31,192 nt of DNA. It comes from a bacterium. Its GTDB lineage: Bacteria; SM23-31. The number at the start of each line of letters is the position of its first letter. Position 1 is the stretch's first letter. The notes under the pieces were generated by a model. The model did no database searches. It saw nothing but the letters and a program-made list of their open reading frames with translations, and was not told the origin of the DNA. Where the stretch lies: contig CBDFMG010000002.1 in NCBI GenBank assembly GCA_965249485.1, positions 1 to 31,192 on the forward strand, in the 5' to 3' direction. The translations under genes and the position numbers were made by a program. This document shows, piece by piece, positions 27,462-31,192 of the stretch.

Positions 27462-28949
27462 TCACTCAATGATTCCTGCTTTCAAAATGTCCTTTTCTCT
27501 GGCGGCCAGTTCCATTCTCCGGTCCCCGCCCCCCTCGAAATACCGGATGAAAAGCTTCTTTTTTTTATCAATAGTGAATTTCTCGAAAGCAAAGACCTTG
27601 GTAATGCGTTCCCCTTTTTTTACTGACCGCAGGGTGTCATTATACACATAAACCGGATCCAGGGATCTGGCCTGTTCAGATTCCCCTTTCAATTTTTTCT
27701 TTCTGAAGCCTACCTGGATAGCAAAGGTGATCTCGGATATATCATATCGGATATTCGAATCATTCGAGAGGGTAACCTTGAAGAACAGGTGATTATCCCT
27801 GGAGTAGATTCCCCCCACCCAGAATTTCATTTTGTTGTCAAGAACCCCAATGTCGCTGATTTTGTCTTTCCTGTTGTATACCGATTCTGCTGCAGCAGCA
27901 ATTTCGGGGCTGACGTTCTTTGGCCCCGGGGTGCGGGGTGTGGCCGGCGGTGGGGATGTGGCTGATCTGGTGGCGACAGCATTTTGACTCTGCGCGGGAT
28001 TTGCCGGCTTTCTTTTTGATATAGCCTCTTTTGGCCTGACAACAATTCGATAGCCCCTCAGAATTCTCACTGCCGGATCATCCAGTTTCTTTCTGGTACC
28101 AAGCTTCACCGATCCTATGGGAAGATTCACCCTGCCCGTTACATTATCAATTCCTTCTCTGGCCACATCTTTACTGATCTCCTGGTTGACGCTACCGGGG
28201 ACATATATTCCCTCCATCCCGTCGAATTCATCGTAGACTGACAGTGTCTTGTGAATCCAGGTGCCGGCAACCCTGATGGTGGTTATGGTGACCAGGACTC
28301 TTTCATTCCTGAAGGTGGTTATTCCAAACAGCGTGGTGTTCACAGGTATTTTCTGGCCATTGATTATTCCTGCCTTGGTGGTTCTGAAAGTGAGTCTCTG
28401 GCCATTGCGCACCTCCTGGTCTTCGGGCACAATTGCATAAAGTGGCTCGGTGGTGTTATCTGGTTCTGGCGGATTCTTTTTCTTCCCGGAGCGAACAGGG
28501 TTTGTTTTCACATGTCGCCTGACTTCTTTCTTTACCGGCTCGGGTTCGGGCCCGGGTTTTTGAATACCTGCCGGCCCCCGATTGGCCCGGATCATACGGG
28601 TTTTTTCACCAGCCTTCAGTTTTTCAATGACTTGCAGCAAACTGTCATAATTCTCATCCGGGCGGGTTTGCTCAGGATCTTCCTCTGTCTGGGCTGAGGC
28701 AAAAGGGTTTTCAAAATTGATCTCTACCTGGCTTTCCTTTTTCTGCGTATCGGAGTATGCCTCCAGTTTGGATTCATATTGTTTTTTTTGCTGTTCAAGA
28801 TCAGCATTTGGAACCGATAAATTGGCCACTTGCCTTTGTGTAGTTTCATCATCATCGCCAAATATGGAGATAGCATAAATGACAAGGAACAGCGCTATCA
28901 CCCCCGGGATGGAAAAAATCAATATTTTCTCTTTGTCTTCAGTTTTCAA
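27462..28949 (-). CDS. traM: TraM (VirB10-like) fused to a TraN/DUF4138-like C-terminal domain
   Basis: N-terminal TM, YESKLEAY, IPVNTTLFG, DGMEGIYVPGS; then Pro-rich linker and GIYSRDNHLFFKVTLSNDSNIRYDI...FEKFTI..E.GGDR. Confidence 0.85.
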   Translation of the reverse strand: MKTEDKEKILIFSIPGVIALFLVIYAISIFGDDDETTQRQVANLSVPNADLEQQKKQYESKLEAYSDTQKKESQVEINFENPFASAQTEEDPEQTRPDENYDSLLQVIEKLKAGEKTRMIRANRGPAGIQKPGPEPEPVKKEVRRHVKTNPVRSGKKKNPPEPDNTTEPLYAIVPEDQEVRNGQRLTFRTTKAGIINGQKIPVNTTLFGITTFRNERVLVTITTIRVAGTWIHKTLSVYDEFDGMEGIYVPGSVNQEISKDVAREGIDNVTGRVNLPIGSVKLGTRKKLDDPAVRILRGYRIVVRPKEAISKRKPANPAQSQNAVATRSATSPPPATPRTPGPKNVSPEIAAAAESVYNRKDKISDIGVLDNKMKFWVGGIYSRDNHLFFKVTLSNDSNIRYDISEITFAIQVGFRKKKLKGESEQARSLDPVYVYNDTLRSVKKGERITKVFAFEKFTIDKKKKLFIRYFEGGGDRRMELAAREKDILKAGIIE

Positions 28950-29572
28950 TTGAGATCGATCCGGTTGATTTTCACCAGGGGCCTTTCCTGATAATTTGTG
29001 ATCAGCATTCCATGAGGATTCCAGGGCCAGCTTGGTGAAACAAATCCAATGCCCCCTGTAACCTCGAGGCGGAAAACATCCCTGGTTTGTCCCCTGGTTA
29101 TTTCCATTACCGCCGAGGCCGAAAAAGCAAAAGGCTCGTTGTTTCCAGAAACCTGTATTTTGTCTGCTTCCAGCGAGGTCTTTTGAACAATCCCGTATTT
29201 GACCACATCGTTGAACCAGCCCCGGGACCGGTAATAGTCTTCCAGGCGTTTTCCATCTTCGGCACTGATCAACCAGAGTCCTTTTTCCCGCTGCTTTTCC
29301 ATATTATTTTGATCGAAAGTGTAGTATGTACCAAACCATTTATCCAGGTGATCCTTTATCTCGATGTACAACACCTCTTTTTTTTCGATCCACTGGAGAG
29401 GCAAAACTTCACCATCTTTATCCAGGGTGAGGACGTGATTCATGTTGTATTTGAATGTCCAGACCGCAAAACCGGTAGAACACACAATGGCAATGGCGGC
29501 AACTGCTGCCATGGACAAGGTGATTATCCTGTTTTTCCTCAGGAATTTATATATGTCGGTTTGTGTATCCAA
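28946..29572 (-). CDS. traK: TraK (VirB8-like)
   Basis: Single N-terminal TM, KGLWL, NPHGMLITNYQE C-terminal motif. Confidence 0.88.
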   Translation of the reverse strand: MDTQTDIYKFLRKNRIITLSMAAVAAIAIVCSTGFAVWTFKYNMNHVLTLDKDGEVLPLQWIEKKEVLYIEIKDHLDKWFGTYYTFDQNNMEKQREKGLWLISAEDGKRLEDYYRSRGWFNDVVKYGIVQKTSLEADKIQVSGNNEPFAFSASAVMEITRGQTRDVFRLEVTGGIGFVSPSWPWNPHGMLITNYQERPLVKINRIDLN

Positions 29573-29573
29573 T

Positions 29574-30344
29574 TCAGGTGAATATTCTGTAGAGGATCTG
29601 CGAGCTTTTTACATACAGTATGATCTTCAGAATGACCACAAAGCAAAGCGGGATTACCATGACCAGTTCTGTTATTTTCACCATCGGCAAAGAGCTAACG
29701 ATTTCCCAGGTACTATCATAAATTGCCTTTGTGAATGCATTCACCAGGATATATGGAATTATCAGAAGGTAGGTGGCCACATAAAGGCCCAGCCAGTTCC
29801 AGAACCATTTGCTGAGTTCTGGAATAGGATAGAAAGCCAGCGCCAATGCACCCAGAACACGCAATACCCCCAAAAAGAAAAATCTTGCTGACAGGAAAAT
29901 GCCATAGATCATCAGATCCAGGCCCCACGCCACAACTTTCAGGAACAGCATTATTATATACAGCGGATCGCTGATCAGCTTGATCGCTTCGCCGGACAGG
30001 CCTTTTTGTATTCCGTTGTCTTCCAGGTCGTAGAACCTGGGATCGGTTTGAAAGCCGGCGTACTGGTTTTCAATGAAATTCATTATCTGGTCAAAAAACT
30101 CAAGCAGGTAATCATAACTCACCAGTAATCCGATAATGATGAATCCTCTTAGCAAATCGTAGGGACTGAGACCCTTCAGGCTTTTTTCTTTATCCTCGGT
30201 GGATTGAATATACCTGGTATACCAGTGTATTATCAGCACAGCCAGCCCGATTGCCTTGACGCTTGTTATACTGATAAATACCGCTTCTGAATCAATCAGA
30301 CCACTATAAATATCCTGTATGAAAGTATAGTCGAACCTGAACAT
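29574..30344 (-). CDS. traJ: TraJ (VirB6-like) polytopic membrane protein
   Basis: Multiple TM segments, LGALALAF..W..W...Y...YL pattern; lies upstream of traK. Confidence 0.78.
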   Translation of the reverse strand: MFRFDYTFIQDIYSGLIDSEAVFISITSVKAIGLAVLIIHWYTRYIQSTEDKEKSLKGLSPYDLLRGFIIIGLLVSYDYLLEFFDQIMNFIENQYAGFQTDPRFYDLEDNGIQKGLSGEAIKLISDPLYIIMLFLKVVAWGLDLMIYGIFLSARFFFLGVLRVLGALALAFYPIPELSKWFWNWLGLYVATYLLIIPYILVNAFTKAIYDSTWEIVSSLPMVKITELVMVIPLCFVVILKIILYVKSSQILYRIFT

Positions 30345-30345
30345 G

Positions 30346-30918
30346 TCAATTCCCGAAAATCCTTACAATGGTCCGCTTTTCAGCTATTACCTGGTAGTCC
30401 CTGTAGAGCCGGTTCATATCATTTCTGGCCGCCAGAATATCGTCATTTGTTTTACGAAGTGCCTGTATTCTTTCTGCATCATTCATGTTGAAAATTCCTT
30501 CCTTGATGATGTCGTTGGACAGGGCCAGGGTGCTTTCGGTAGCTGAGAGAATCCTGGTAAAATTGTACAGGATGATGCTCAGCTCGTCGGGGGTAAATTC
30601 ACCTGTCTCTTTTAGATAATCGTAATATTTTGCACTGTTGTCCAGGACCTTGATCTGGTTCTGAATGATATTTTCCATCATATGGAACCCCCTCACAGCC
30701 CTGCTTACTTTCCCTACCAGGTCTTTCACTTCTTTCATTATGGAAACCTGTTTCTGGACTGAGGCTGCCGTTTCGGTTGAGAGCGCCACCTGTTGAACCA
30801 GGTTTGCAATTGCGCCGATATCCGTGACGGGTACGGGTACGGATACGGGCTGTGCCGATGATTCGAAACACAAGCCTGCCATTGCCCCTGCGACTATGAG
30901 TGTGAGTCTCTTTTTCAT
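30346..30918 (-). CDS. TraI/DUF4141-like (VirB5-like) exported protein
   Basis: Signal peptide, PVTD, FTPDEL, MNDAERI motifs. Confidence 0.75.
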   Translation of the reverse strand: MKKRLTLIVAGAMAGLCFESSAQPVSVPVPVTDIGAIANLVQQVALSTETAASVQKQVSIMKEVKDLVGKVSRAVRGFHMMENIIQNQIKVLDNSAKYYDYLKETGEFTPDELSIILYNFTRILSATESTLALSNDIIKEGIFNMNDAERIQALRKTNDDILAARNDMNRLYRDYQVIAEKRTIVRIFGN

Positions 30919-31192
30919 GCTCGGTTCCGCTTTGACACAAACTCTTTTATAGCCCTTTCCATGTCGCCGGTTTTTTTATAGAATTCCATAATTTTTTCGT
31001 TTTCCTCGCCTTCGGTCAGATAGGCACTCATTACCGCCTCGGGAACCTCCAGGCGCATGATGTTGCTGGCAGCTCCTATCTTCAGCATGAATTCCGAATA
31101 CTTTATTTTGCCAGAAAAATTATTGGTAATCGAGGAAAGCTGATTATGGTCGTGGGTGGAGAGTTTCAGTCGCTCCACAATGTGGTCGTATC
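30915..31192 (-). CDS. traG: C-terminal ~92 aa of TraG, continuing from position 1
   Basis: YDHIVERLKLSTHDHNQLSSI..KYSEF..LEV....AYLTEG, typical TraG C-terminus. Confidence 0.88.
   Translation of the reverse strand, partial: YDHIVERLKLSTHDHNQLSSITNNFSGKIKYSEFMLKIGAASNIMRLEVPEAVMSAYLTEGEENEKIMEFYKKTGDMERAIKEFVSKRNRA

Noticed and set aside
1..31192. Integrative conjugative element (CTnDOT-like)
   Set aside because: No integrase, excisionase or att/tRNA site seen; Rep, iterons, par and circular closure indicate a plasmid

Overview
The window appears to be an almost complete circular ~31.2-kb conjugative plasmid from a Bacteroidota host. The VirB4-like traG gene runs off position 1 and resumes at 31192. 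No integrase, tRNA or chromosomal gene is visible. The minus strand carries a compact backbone: mobA-like gene, HUH relaxase, a ~740-bp AT-rich repeat array, parA, a small putative RHH partner, a type IV coupling protein, then traE-F-G-I-J-K and a traM gene fused to a TraN-like domain. A MOBP-like oriT lies at ~7967-7995. The region 8.3-18.6 kb is a mosaic of three related replicon modules sharing Bdr/DUF1640-like coiled-coil membrane genes, structured non-coding blocks, module-specific iterons and Rep_3-type initiators. One rep is intact, one is probably frameshifted and one appears deleted. Two IS200/IS605 elements (tnpA+tnpB) have ends that can be placed precisely. The intact rep heads a tightly packed + strand gene run: T9SS S8 subtilase, 1766-aa T9SS tandem-repeat surface protein, PKD-like lipoprotein and TraO-like barrel. 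The predicted guide flank of TnpB1 is a fragment of a subtilase paralog matching the intact subtilase gene next to the same TTAC motif. All family names come from motif recognition by eye; no database search was run.
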